This document shows, piece after piece, positions 18,926 through 28,057 of a DNA stretch of 64,000 bases. The notes beneath the pieces are model-generated. The model had not been told where the DNA came from. It made no database searches and saw only the letters and a program-made list of their open reading frames with translations. Positions within the stretch are counted from its first letter, which is position 1, and every line of letters begins with the position of its first letter. The position numbers were made by a program, and so were the translations under genes. Origin of the DNA: a virus; IMG/VR virus record IMGVR_UViG_3300046780_000427, positions 8,059-72,058 of that record; one strand, given 5' to 3'.

Positions 18926-19279
18926 ATGACCATCCCGCCTGACCCGTCGCAGGTGCCGCTGTCAGCGGCGACCGGGATCATGCTCGGTGACCTGGTGTGG
19001 CACCCGCTGTCCAACAGTCTCGGCGCGGTGATCGACCCGGCGTTCATCGACCCGTTGCAAACCAGCCAGGACGGGTCCCCGATGCTGATCACCCCGGGGG
19101 AGTCCTGGGTGCAGTTCGTGGACACCTCGACGGGGCAGGCGTTCGCCGCGCCGTTCCGGTCGATTGTGGCGGTCGAGCTGGGCGCGCCAGTGGCGCTGTT
19201 GTCGATGCCCGCTTTGGTGTCTCATGCGATCCAGGCGAACCCGCGGAAACTCGGCCGGGTGTTCCGCGACACGACCTGA
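18926..19279 (+). CDS. Hypothetical protein
   Basis: AGAGAGG RBS; fills gap before lysis genes. Confidence 0.55.
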   Translation: MTIPPDPSQVPLSAATGIMLGDLVWHPLSNSLGAVIDPAFIDPLQTSQDGSPMLITPGESWVQFVDTSTGQAFAAPFRSIVAVELGAPVALLSMPALVSHAIQANPRKLGRVFRDTT

Positions 19280-19285
19280 CCTGGG

Positions 19286-19303
19286 ACTACAAATATTTGT
19301 AGT
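19286..19303. promoter_or_regulatory. Perfect 18-bp AT-rich palindrome upstream of endolysin
   Basis: ACTACAAATATTTGTAGT. Confidence 0.6.
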
Positions 19304-19325
19304 TCTTGTGTGGCAGGGTGAGCGC

Positions 19326-20279
19326 ATGACCGTGCAGACCCTCCGCTCCCCGCTCCCTGTCCGCCCCGGCCTCGTAGGCACTGCCACCGAGCAGGCCCTG
19401 CTTGCCTCCTGGGCCGTCCACCACCAGCCGCACTGGTACGGCGGCCGCCGCGGCGTCCCGGGCGTGGACTACGCCTGGACGAAGCCCAGCATCAGCTCCC
19501 TGGAGGGCGCGGGGGACGTGTTCGTGGCGCAGTACTTCTCCCCCGATGAGACCAAGGACCTGACCCCCGCGAGGGCGGCACAGTTGCAGGCCGCCGGGAT
19601 CAACATCGTGGTGATCTACGAGTACGGTGCCACCGACGCCAAGCGGGGGAAGGCAGGCGGGCAGCAGGACGCTTCTAACGCGGAGGTCCAGGCGAGGGCC
19701 TGCGGGGTGGACGGGTGCGTGTTCTACTGGGCGGTTGACTACGACGCCCCGCCCGGTGACCAGGCCGCGATCGACGCCTACTCAGACGGGTGGGCCTCGG
19801 TGGTCGGGGATGACCGGGGCCGCAACCCCTACGGCGGGTTCTGGCCGCTGTCCCGGCTGAAGGCAGCGGGGAAGGCTCGCCGCCTGTGGGGGACCCCGGC
19901 GTGGTCGGGGTCTGAGTGGGCGACCGCGGGGCTGGTGCCGGACATCATGCAAGGCGGCATCGTCACCGTAGGCGGGGTGCAGTGCGACCTGGACGCGGCC
20001 CTGTCGGTGGATTACGGGCAGTGGCCGCGGCCGCCCGCGTCGGACACCCGGGCCTGGCAGTGGCACACCTGCACGGGGACGGAGTCGTTCGCGGCGGTGG
20101 CCCGGAACCTCCCCGCCCCGGGGATGTCCGTGGCGCACATTCTCCGGGCGACCTGCACGAAGAACTCCGGTCACTGGGACGGCGGGACGTTCGACGGGCT
20201 CAACTACGACCTGGGCGACCCGCCGGAGAACCCGCATCATCCCCTCGAGGCGGGGACGCGGCTGTGGGTGCTGGCATGA
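19326..20279 (+). CDS. Endolysin, DUF1906/Rv2525c-like glycoside hydrolase with possible C-terminal cell-wall-binding domain
   Basis: GVDYAW...FVAQY....KDLT...IVVIYE...YWAVDYD...YGG...QCDLD...DYGQW. Confidence 0.85.
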   Translation: MTVQTLRSPLPVRPGLVGTATEQALLASWAVHHQPHWYGGRRGVPGVDYAWTKPSISSLEGAGDVFVAQYFSPDETKDLTPARAAQLQAAGINIVVIYEYGATDAKRGKAGGQQDASNAEVQARACGVDGCVFYWAVDYDAPPGDQAAIDAYSDGWASVVGDDRGRNPYGGFWPLSRLKAAGKARRLWGTPAWSGSEWATAGLVPDIMQGGIVTVGGVQCDLDAALSVDYGQWPRPPASDTRAWQWHTCTGTESFAAVARNLPAPGMSVAHILRATCTKNSGHWDGGTFDGLNYDLGDPPENPHHPLEAGTRLWVLA

Positions 20280-20863
20280 CTGCGCCGTTCACGGTGAACG
20301 TGGCCGCTTTGACCCCGGCGCCGGGTGACTACGGGGTGTCTCACGGGTCCGGGGCGGTGGGGCTGATGATCCGCACCGCGACCCAGTCCTGGGCGGGGCA
20401 CGCGTTCGTCTACATCGGTAACGGGCTGATCATCGAGGCCGCCCCGCCGGCCACGCGGATCTCCCCGGTGGCGTCGCACCCGGATGCGGTGTGGAACGCA
20501 GAGGAGCCCAAGACCAGCGAGCAGCGGCAGGTGATCATCGCGAGGGCTCATGCGACGATCGGCACCGCCTACGACTACCCGGCCTATGTGGCGTTCGCGA
20601 TGATGTGCCTGCACCTGCGCACCGAGGCCCAGCTGGATCCGCTGTTCCTGCACGATGACTGGCGGGTCTGCTCCGCGGACGTGGCCGACGACTACGCTCA
20701 TGCGGGGATCGACGTGCGGGCGGGGATGGGCGGGCACCCGCTGGTCCAGGCCGCGAAGGCGGCGGTGGCCGCAGGCAGGGCACCGGCGTCCCTGGTGCCG
20801 AACCTGATCGCCCCCGCCCTATTGTATGACCGGATCGCGCAACGGCCCTGGGAGCACAAGTGA
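20276..20863 (+). CDS. Permuted papain-like (YaeF/YiiX, NlpC/P60) amidase
   Basis: PGD...IRTAT.SWAGHAFVYIG...IEA...GTAYDY...CSADVA..Y. Confidence 0.8.
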   Translation: MTAPFTVNVAALTPAPGDYGVSHGSGAVGLMIRTATQSWAGHAFVYIGNGLIIEAAPPATRISPVASHPDAVWNAEEPKTSEQRQVIIARAHATIGTAYDYPAYVAFAMMCLHLRTEAQLDPLFLHDDWRVCSADVADDYAHAGIDVRAGMGGHPLVQAAKAAVAAGRAPASLVPNLIAPALLYDRIAQRPWEHK

Positions 20864-21243
20864 CCGGGACGGCCGCACGGGTCCTGTGGGCGGCCCTGGC
20901 GATCGGCGGGGCATGGTTCGCCTGGTCGCTGTTCCTGACCTGGGTCCGGGGCCTCGGTGACCCGTGGGCTGGTGGCCCGTGGGTGCAGGTGAAGACCCTG
21001 GCTTCCGGGGCGACGGAGCGGTGCGTGTCCTGCGGCCCTGGCGGGTTCACCCAGCGGGGGATCCTGGACTGGACACGGGTGCCCGGGTTGCGCGCGTTGC
21101 GCGGCCAGGCCCTCCTGGACGCGCACGATGACACACTGGCCGGACTACAACAGGAGCGGCAAGCATGGGCAGATTTGCGCCGTGGATCGCAGCGCACCGG
21201 AAAGCCATCGCAGGGGCGGTCGGGTTCGCTGGCGCGGTCCTGA
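20860..21243 (+). CDS. Putative membrane protein
   Basis: GTGA coupling; N-terminal hydrophobic helix; 3' end overlaps holin. Confidence 0.45.
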   Translation: MTGTAARVLWAALAIGGAWFAWSLFLTWVRGLGDPWAGGPWVQVKTLASGATERCVSCGPGGFTQRGILDWTRVPGLRALRGQALLDAHDDTLAGLQQERQAWADLRRGSQRTGKPSQGRSGSLARS

Positions 21244-21401
21244 CTTTCCTGGCCGCGCAGCAGACCCTCGGGGACGTGGCGAAGTACGCGGGGATCGTCC
21301 TGGCTGTGCTCGGCGCGGCCGGGGTGTACCGGGTGCCGAATGCGCACCCGGTTGTTACCGCCGTGCCGGTGGCGCCTGTGCCACCGCAGCCTCACCCGTA
21401 G
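21165..21401 (+). CDS. Holin-like two-TM protein
   Basis: RKAIAGAVG...AVLGAAGVYRVPN; AGGAG RBS. Confidence 0.75.
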   Translation: MGRFAPWIAAHRKAIAGAVGFAGAVLTFLAAQQTLGDVAKYAGIVLAVLGAAGVYRVPNAHPVVTAVPVAPVPPQPHP

Positions 21402-21415
21402 GCGATCATTAGGGC

Positions 21416-21931
21416 ATGACCGCGGCCGCTTTCGCTACCGTGCTGGCGACCGGGAACCTGGGCACCGTTCTGACCATAGGCACCACTGTCCTGGTCGCGC
21501 TGCTCGCCGCCGGGTCCGCCATGGGCGGGTTCGCCGCGTTCAAGACCGGCCGCACCAACGCCATCGCCGCCTCCGCTGTTGCCAGGGCCAGCGAAGCTGA
21601 GGCGACGGCGAACACCTGGAAGGGGCGCCTGGAATCGGTACAGGCCGAGTTCGACGCCTACCGCACCAGCGCCGACCATGACCGGATGCGAGCTACCGAG
21701 GCACAGGCGATCTCTGATCATGAGATCGGCAAGCTGCGGGACAAGGTGTCTACCCTGGAGGGCGTGGTGACCGCCCGGCATGAGCTGGCCGAGCTGGTGG
21801 GTGTGGTCTCCTCGATCGGTCAGACAGTCGCGTCGATGCTCACCCAGATCCAGGCCGACCACAAGCAGCAGCACGACCAGCATCGGGAGATACTGGTCGC
21901 GCTAGGCGGGAGGCGTAACGGTGACGGATGA
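21416..21931 (+). CDS. Lysis-module membrane protein with coiled coil
   Basis: N-terminal TM helix followed by heptad region. Confidence 0.65.
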   Translation: MTAAAFATVLATGNLGTVLTIGTTVLVALLAAGSAMGGFAAFKTGRTNAIAASAVARASEAEATANTWKGRLESVQAEFDAYRTSADHDRMRATEAQAISDHEIGKLRDKVSTLEGVVTARHELAELVGVVSSIGQTVASMLTQIQADHKQQHDQHREILVALGGRRNGDG

Positions 21932-22322
21932 GTCGCTGACCGGCAGCCTCGCGGATCCGGAGCTGGCCAAGGCGCTGGCGTTGATGGTGGCCAGGTCCAG
22001 GCGGGTGCTGTTCGTGATCGTCGCCACCCAGGGGGTCCTGCTGATCCTGGCCCTGATCGGCCTAGGTGTGCTGGGGTCGGCGCTGATCCGGGCGGAGCAC
22101 CGGATCGCTTTCGATGAGGCCACCACGGCCTCCGCGTTGTGCGACAGCCAGTTCACCATTGCCACGGCACCGTTGCCGCCGGGGGTGTCGAAGTTCGCCC
22201 TGGAGTTCGTGGAGGCGTCCCGGAAGGGGTTCGTGGTGCTGGACTGCCCGGGGCAGATCGGCCCGCCGGGCAAAGCGCTCCAGGAGGCCGCGACCAAGTA
22301 CGGGATCACCCTGCGGTACTGA
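21921..22322 (+). CDS. Lysis-module membrane protein
   Basis: Single TM helix, paired Cys; GGAGG RBS. Confidence 0.6.
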   Translation: MTDESLTGSLADPELAKALALMVARSRRVLFVIVATQGVLLILALIGLGVLGSALIRAEHRIAFDEATTASALCDSQFTIATAPLPPGVSKFALEFVEASRKGFVVLDCPGQIGPPGKALQEAATKYGITLRY

Positions 22323-22325
22323 GGG

Positions 22326-22686
22326 GGAGGCCGCCAGGTCCGCTGACCAGGCGGAGATCATGCCGCCCCTTGCGGCCCATAGGCTGGCCGGTGCTCGGGG
22401 GATCTGCCTGGCGGCCTCCACGCCTGATGGTAACCCGGCGCGGCGGGACGTGGCTGCAGGCGGGCCTGTGCGGGCCTGTGCGCGATCGTAAAGCCGGGCC
22501 CATGCCCTGACTAGGGGCCGGTGATCCGCGGGGCGGTGGTGCAAGGGTGTGTTGACACGCGGGTGCCCTGGGAGGCCGCTAGGGTGTGGCAGTGCCCCAG
22601 GAGGCGCACGGACCTCCTGGGGCACGCTCAGACCCGCGTGGCCCCGGTGTCAGGTTCGACCCCGCCGGGGTCCACGCGGAACCACC
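22326..22686 (+). ncRNA. Candidate structured RNA or complex terminator region
   Basis: Nested inverted repeats: 22326-38/22407-19; tccgcggggc/gtccacgcgga closing stem; cacgcgggt/acccgcgtg; 13-bp gtgccccaggagg/cctcctggggcac; GGTTCGACCC loop. Confidence 0.4.
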
Positions 22687-23255
22687 TAGTAGTGCAGGCC
22701 GATCACTACGGCTGAGATGATCAGGGCGGCGCGCCAGGCCAGCTCCCCGAGGCCGCCGACCCGGCACCGCAACAGGCAGGGGAGGCCGTGGAACAGCCGC
22801 GGCCACGGCCACAGCAGCATCACCGGGTCCTCGTTGGCGAGGTCCAGGGCCAGGTGTGACCACCACCCGCACAGGACCGCACCGGCGGCCCAGAGCGGCC
22901 AGGCGGGCCACCAGGCCAGCGGGAGCACGGCGAGTGAGGCGAACAGGGCACCGCCGGCGAGGGAGTGGCAGGGGCCCCTGCGGTGGGTGCCCCACCGGGA
23001 CACCACCCACGCGACCCGGAACTTGACCGGGTGGGCTTTCCTGTTGGGCATGACCCGGACGGAGTACCAGGCGGCTTTGCGGCGGCGGGCCTTCTTGCGG
23101 CGGGACCAGGTGCCGAGGTTGTCGATGTCGGGGAGCGGGCCGGCCCAGGCGGCGATCGCCGCACCAGCGAACAGGACCACCGCAGCGGGCTGGGTGAGGG
23201 CGCACAGGGCGCCCCAGGCTGCTATGCCGCCGGCCATGTGGGTGGTGTGCTTCAT
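22686..23255 (-). CDS. YdjM-like membrane metal-dependent hydrolase
   Basis: TH...LPDID...HRRGPCHSL...SHLALD motifs. Confidence 0.8.
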   Translation of the reverse strand: MKHTTHMAGGIAAWGALCALTQPAAVVLFAGAAIAAWAGPLPDIDNLGTWSRRKKARRRKAAWYSVRVMPNRKAHPVKFRVAWVVSRWGTHRRGPCHSLAGGALFASLAVLPLAWWPAWPLWAAGAVLCGWWSHLALDLANEDPVMLLWPWPRLFHGLPCLLRCRVGGLGELAWRAALIISAVVIGLHY

Positions 23256-23941
23256 GGCGCGGTCTCGATCCACCGGAACCACGGCGACCCGATCGCTGGT
23301 GCCGGGGTGTCCAGGAGCCCCTGGGTGAGGCGCAGGTTGCCGGCCTCCACCGAGTCGGCCCAGTCGTGCCGGTACTGGTAGAGGGGGCGGGGGATGCGGG
23401 CCTGCGTCCAGTCCTGCGGGTGGGCTTCGAGGACCTGCTTGCGCCAGGCCCGGTCCTCAGGCCACCCGCCGTCCAGGCGGCCGAGCCGGGCCACGTCGGC
23501 GCGGAGCGGCTGGACGACGGTGAGGTCCCGGTGCATCACCGCGCCGGTCTCATGCCACCCGCCGGTGATATCCAGGACGCACCCTTCCCACATGGTCGGC
23601 TTGCCGGCCTCGGTGTAGGTCACGTCGAAGGAGACGATCTCCGGCCGCTGGCTGATCATGGCCAGGGCTGCGGAGTACACGAACTCCGGTGCGGGCCAGT
23701 CGTCGTCGTCAAAGAACGACAGGTAGTCCCCGGTGGCCGCGTCCTGGAGGTCTTGGCGGTACTCCCCGAGGGGGAGGCCGCCCCAGTTGTAGAGGCCGAC
23801 CAGCTCGACCGGCGGGGCATCCGGTGGTGTCACATCGTGCCAGTTCTGCACCTGGACGGTCAGCTCCCGGATCAGGGCAGTGAACCTGGACGCGCGGGAG
23901 GCGTGGGTGGCGATGAGGATCGACCACAGCGGCCGGGTCAC
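23252..23941 (-). CDS. Glycosyltransferase family 2
   Basis: WSILIAT...ATGDYLSFFDDDD...EDRAW. Confidence 0.85.
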   Translation of the reverse strand: MTRPLWSILIATHASRASRFTALIRELTVQVQNWHDVTPPDAPPVELVGLYNWGGLPLGEYRQDLQDAATGDYLSFFDDDDWPAPEFVYSAALAMISQRPEIVSFDVTYTEAGKPTMWEGCVLDITGGWHETGAVMHRDLTVVQPLRADVARLGRLDGGWPEDRAWRKQVLEAHPQDWTQARIPRPLYQYRHDWADSVEAGNLRLTQGLLDTPAPAIGSPWFRWIETAP

Positions 23942-24144
23942 TGGCCGTCCTGGCGGAACTCGAAGGACAGGCCCCCGACGGTCTCGCTGACGCCGATGAC
24001 ATGGATGGCATCGATCACCCTCGGCGGCGGGTCTAGCCGGTCAGCGAGTTTGCGAAGCGCGGCCGCAGTCCCCCACCTGGCAACCCGGCAGGTGTCGGTG
24101 AGGGTCTGCCAGCAGGCGGCGGCGAGGGCGGTGATCAGGTCCAT
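23938..24144 (-). CDS. Hypothetical protein
   Basis: Overlaps both neighbours. Confidence 0.5.
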   Translation of the reverse strand: MDLITALAAACWQTLTDTCRVARWGTAAALRKLADRLDPPPRVIDAIHVIGVSETVGGLSFEFRQDGQ

Positions 24145-24716
24145 ATGATCCCCAGGCCATAGAACCCGGGCCCGGACTGCCGGTTGCGCCAGGCGTGCCC
24201 GGTGCGCTCACAGTAGGTGTCCAGGGCCTCAGCGACCGGCCCGCCCGGCGCGGGCAGGGACACGTCGCCTTCGTCCCACTGGGTGTCGTGGCAGGCGATC
24301 AGCCCGCCACGACGCATCCTCGGCCCGTAGCAGGCCAGCTCTTTGAGGGTCTGTTCGTAGGCATGGCTGGTGTCGATGAACAACAGGTCGATGGACGGTG
24401 GCACGAACGCCTGCGCCTGGGCGGACACCGAGTCGCATTGGGCGAACGACCAGGCGGGATCGGAATGCCAGGCCAGCGGCACGTCGGGCGGGTTGGTGTC
24501 CACCGACCACAGGTGCCCGTGGGAGAGGCCCGCGCCGGCGAGCAGCGCGGCGGTGCTGTTCCCGGCGCGCACCCCCAGCTCGACCAGGAACCTGCGGCGG
24601 GTTGCCTGGGTGAGGAGGTAGGGCAGGTGGTCCTGGATGTCAGACCATTCGGCGAGGCGGGCCAGGTAGGCGTGCTCGCGGCCGCGTTGCAGGTCGGTGC
24701 AGGCGTGGGCGGTCAT
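24135..24716 (-). CDS. Class I SAM methyltransferase (Methyltransf_24-like, possibly sugar O-methyltransferase)
   Basis: VELGVRAGNST...DLLFIDTSHAYE...GGLIACHD. Confidence 0.85.
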   Translation of the reverse strand: MTAHACTDLQRGREHAYLARLAEWSDIQDHLPYLLTQATRRRFLVELGVRAGNSTAALLAGAGLSHGHLWSVDTNPPDVPLAWHSDPAWSFAQCDSVSAQAQAFVPPSIDLLFIDTSHAYEQTLKELACYGPRMRRGGLIACHDTQWDEGDVSLPAPGGPVAEALDTYCERTGHAWRNRQSGPGFYGLGIIWT

Positions 24717-25483
24717 CGGATCTCCTTGATTTTGTTCGCTGCGTGGGCGGGGCCGCCGGAGTCGGCCCAGTCCCGGTAGCGGTAGAACTCGGCGCCGGTC
24801 AGGCCGGCGTGTGCCGCGTCGTCATAGGTGGCGTCCCGTTCGACGCCGAGGCCGGCGGCCCAGTGCAGGTGCTCGACGGTGACTTCCGGCCGGTAGTGCA
24901 GGCAGGCGGCGGCGGTGCCGATGTCGGCCCACACGTTGTCGATCCAGTAATGGTCTAGACCGGGCAGGGCCATCCACCCGAGAGCGGCGGGGATAGACGC
25001 GGACATGACCGGGGCGGTGGGCAGGTTCTCACCCTGCACGCGGTCATCGCCGTAGGCGATCCCCGGCCGGCCGGTGGCCTCAATCGCGGCGATCAACTGC
25101 GTGTCCCAGCCGGCGGTGACGGGCAGGTGGTCATCCCCGAGGGACGCCAGGTACCGGGCCTGGAAACGGTAGATCCCGTCGCCTTCGGCCAGCTCGGCGG
25201 CGATGGTGTTGGTCCACCAGCCCAGCCCCCGGCGGACAGGGGAGACCTGCCTGAGGACCCGTTCGGCCAGGAACGGCATCATGGCCGCATCCTGGTCAGT
25301 GAACGGCGGGTCGAGCAGCGTCAGGTAGTCACCTAGGGCAGGGTCATCGGCATCCAGGCCGACGACCAGGCAGGTGTTCCCGGCGCAGGTTGCCTGGAGG
25401 GCGGTGATGAGCCGGGCCAGGCTGGCGGGGCGGCCACGGGTCGGGGTGATGATGGCAAGGTCCCATGGGTCGGGGCTGGTCAC
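24713..25483 (-). CDS. Glycosyltransferase family 2-like
   Basis: IITPTRGRP...DADD...LGDDH...HYWIDN...VEHLH. Confidence 0.8.
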   Translation of the reverse strand: MTSPDPWDLAIITPTRGRPASLARLITALQATCAGNTCLVVGLDADDPALGDYLTLLDPPFTDQDAAMMPFLAERVLRQVSPVRRGLGWWTNTIAAELAEGDGIYRFQARYLASLGDDHLPVTAGWDTQLIAAIEATGRPGIAYGDDRVQGENLPTAPVMSASIPAALGWMALPGLDHYWIDNVWADIGTAAACLHYRPEVTVEHLHWAAGLGVERDATYDDAAHAGLTGAEFYRYRDWADSGGPAHAANKIKEIR

Positions 25484-25546
25484 TGGTGCTCCTCAGGGTT
25501 GGTGTGGTGGTCCCCTGCCGCTGCCCGGCAGGGGACCACCGGCCTG

Positions 25547-26062
25547 TCACTCCTCCGCAGTAGCGGAGCCGGGGACGGTGACAGGTTCACCCACCGGCAC
25601 AGGCGGGGGCAGTTGCTCCCGCCAGTCCGGGCCCAGGATGGCTTCAAGGATGCCGGCGGCGACGGCGGCTGAGGCGTGGCAGGCATCGGTGAACCCGCCT
25701 GCGCTGGCCACGGTCCCGGAGGCGGGGTTCTCCGCGAACCCCGGGTTGGCGGGGTTGCCCGAGGGGAGGATGACCGCCCGCGCGGCCCAGGCGGCATCCA
25801 TGCCGGTGTCGGCGGTGATGTCCCACCGCCACCCGCGCTGGACGCAGACCCGGTCCAGGGCATCGATCGCGGTGCCCTCATCAGGGTCGGTGGGGTGGAG
25901 CAGGCCGGCGACGTAGGCGACGGCCAGGGAATGCCACACCCCCAGCGCGGCCGCTTCGGCGTCGGTGAGGACCCGGCCGGCCAGGGGCCGGGTGCCTCCG
26001 GGTTCCAGGGTCACCCCGGCACGGGCGACCTCCTCACAGGTCGGCGGGACCGGCGTGGTCAC
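25547..26062 (-). CDS. Hypothetical protein
   Basis: GTGA-coupled to parB; GGAGGAG RBS. Confidence 0.55.
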   Translation of the reverse strand: MTTPVPPTCEEVARAGVTLEPGGTRPLAGRVLTDAEAAALGVWHSLAVAYVAGLLHPTDPDEGTAIDALDRVCVQRGWRWDITADTGMDAAWAARAVILPSGNPANPGFAENPASGTVASAGGFTDACHASAAVAAGILEAILGPDWREQLPPPVPVGEPVTVPGSATAEE

Positions 26063-27519
26063 TTCTCCTCCGGCTGCACGGACGCGGCGATCATGCCCTG
26101 CTCCGCTTCGGACAGGACATACCCCAGTGACCCGAGCCAGGACAGGTAGGCCCCCGTCGCCTTGTAACCCCGGGGCTTGCGCCACGCCTCGTCGTCGCAG
26201 GCCAGCTCCGCTGCGCCGAGGATCAGGCCGACGAACACGACCTGCGCCCGTTTCGGGCTGGCCTTGCCCATCACCGCCTCGACCAGGTTCGCCTGCCCGG
26301 CCAGGCGGCCGTTGTAGTCGGGCTCCTCACCCTTGATGCCGAGGAGCAGTTTCCCGGTGGCGTGGTTGCGCTCCAGCTCCCGGCGCAGACCGTGGAATCC
26401 CGCCATCACGAACATCGACAGGGCGGCGTGGAGCACGTCCGCGGGGACTGACCCGCGGGTGAGCCAGTCGGTGAGCCACTTGCGGCGCACCTCCCGCGCG
26501 GCCCGCCAGGCCCGGTTGCCGTCGATGACCTTCTTCCGCTCGGCCATCTCCCCGTCTGACATCGGCCCCGGCTGACGGGCGGTGGACCCGCCGTACCGGG
26601 ACTTGTGCCCGCGCTTCTCCGGGTCGGTGCAGTAGGCCATCGCCTCCGCCTCACCTGAGGAGCGGTAGGACTCATGCACCCACGCGGCCCTGCCGGGGCA
26701 GCCGCCCTTGTCCTCCGGGGCCTGGTGGGCCTCCTCGGCCAGGGCGGTGCCGCCAGCGTCCATGAGACCGTGCAACCAGTTGCGGTGGCCGGGGTGCTCA
26801 TCGGGGACGTCGATGCCCTCAGCGCGCAGCTTGGCGGTGAGTTTGGCCGCGGCACGCAGGTAGGCCATCTGCTGCTGCTGCTCGGCCAGGGCATGGTCGA
26901 ACTGTTCCGGCTCCTCAGCCAGGACCTCCTCCAAGACGGCCAGGGCCTCCGGGAACTCCTCCACTGAGGCGAGGCCGGCGGCCTGGAGGAGTGTCAAGCC
27001 GTGGTTGACAGTCGCGGCCTGCGCCCGGTCGGACTTGACCACGACACCCGCCGCCCGGACGATCGCCCTATCGACGCCGAGGGCCTTCGCGGTGGTGGCC
27101 TCGGTCATGTCGGGGAGGTCCAGGGTCGCCTGGATGGCGACGGCCCGGTCCCGTGCGGTCAGGCCCGCGCGGTGCTCGTTCTCATCCCACCTGCGGAGCA
27201 CGTCATCCAGCTCCTCCGGTGTGGCGTCCTGTTCACGGGCGACGATGAATACCGGCACCGCGTAGGCCGCCTTGGCGGCGGCGGCGCGGCGGCGGAACCC
27301 GATCCGCAACCGGACCTGCCCGTCTGGGGTGATGGTGCCGATGCACGGGGTGGAGATCCCGTCCCGTTTCACCGAGGCCAGGAACCCGGGGGTCAGGTGC
27401 AGGGACGTGCGGTGGTTCGGCCCGTCGAGCAGGAGCGCGGGGTCTACCCACACCAGGTCCCCCGCGCCGGCGGCGGCGGCATCCTGGGTGCCGGTGGCCT
27501 GGTCGATTGTGCGGATCAT
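26059..27519 (-). CDS. parB: ParB/RepB/Spo0J family partition protein
   Basis: ASVKRDGISTP...GFRRRAAA CTPase motif...ENEHR, HTH (TTAKALGVDRAIV), long C-terminus. Confidence 0.85.
   Translation of the reverse strand: MIRTIDQATGTQDAAAAGAGDLVWVDPALLLDGPNHRTSLHLTPGFLASVKRDGISTPCIGTITPDGQVRLRIGFRRRAAAAKAAYAVPVFIVAREQDATPEELDDVLRRWDENEHRAGLTARDRAVAIQATLDLPDMTEATTAKALGVDRAIVRAAGVVVKSDRAQAATVNHGLTLLQAAGLASVEEFPEALAVLEEVLAEEPEQFDHALAEQQQQMAYLRAAAKLTAKLRAEGIDVPDEHPGHRNWLHGLMDAGGTALAEEAHQAPEDKGGCPGRAAWVHESYRSSGEAEAMAYCTDPEKRGHKSRYGGSTARQPGPMSDGEMAERKKVIDGNRAWRAAREVRRKWLTDWLTRGSVPADVLHAALSMFVMAGFHGLRRELERNHATGKLLLGIKGEEPDYNGRLAGQANLVEAVMGKASPKRAQVVFVGLILGAAELACDDEAWRKPRGYKATGAYLSWLGSLGYVLSEAEQGMIAASVQPEEK
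26992..27010. promoter_or_regulatory. TGTCAA-N7-TTGACA palindrome inside parB
   Basis: tgtcaa gccgtgg ttgaca. Confidence 0.7.
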
Positions 27520-27803
27520 GAGTGCTCCCCTTTCGCGTGATGCTTGCCGGGTGGGGAGGCCAGCACGGCGGCGGCCTGCTGCACGGACTGGCAGGCGCCT
27601 ATAAGCATCGCCTTGCCGAATGATGCGTTGCCCGGCGGGATCCAGCCGACCACGGAGCCGATGATCCGGCCCTCCGCGCTGTCGCCGGCAGCTTCGGTGC
27701 GGGCGGTGACTTCTACGACGATGAGGGTCTGCGGCAGCAGGCCCGCCTCATCACCGGGGCTGAGCGCGTCCCCATCGGGGCGGCGCAGGTACATGGGTGT
27801 CAT
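27516..27803 (-). CDS. Hypothetical protein
   Basis: Coupled ORF; GGAGAGAGAG RBS. Confidence 0.6.
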   Translation of the reverse strand: MTPMYLRRPDGDALSPGDEAGLLPQTLIVVEVTARTEAAGDSAEGRIIGSVVGWIPPGNASFGKAMLIGACQSVQQAAAVLASPPGKHHAKGEHS

Positions 27804-28057
27804 GTTCTCTCTCTCCGTCGTGTGGTGACTGGGCCTCCTCGGGCCCGGGTGGCTGGGATGTACTTGGTAGCGACCTCCTCGCGGTAGCGTTCACGTTCAC
27901 CGGGCAGCCGTAGCGGGTCGCACCAGGCGGCCATCGCGGCGATGTACTCGGCGCGGTCAGTGACCCCGGCCTCAGTGGCGAGGGCCTGCACAGCGGTCTT
28001 GACCTCCTCAGGCAGGCCGATGATCGTCTGCACTACACCGGGGCGGGGCTTACCCAC
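27800..28057 (-). CDS. Possible ribbon-helix-helix DNA-binding protein
   Basis: QTIIGLPEEVKTAVQALATEAGVTDRAEYI pattern. Confidence 0.5.
   Translation of the reverse strand: MGKPRPGVVQTIIGLPEEVKTAVQALATEAGVTDRAEYIAAMAAWCDPLRLPGERERYREEVATKYIPATRARGGPVTTRRRERT

Noticed and set aside
22640-22686. tRNA gene suggested by GGTTCGACCC
   Set aside because: The T-stem pairs at only 2 of 5 positions and there is no anticodon arm of proper geometry; kept only as a structured RNA candidate.
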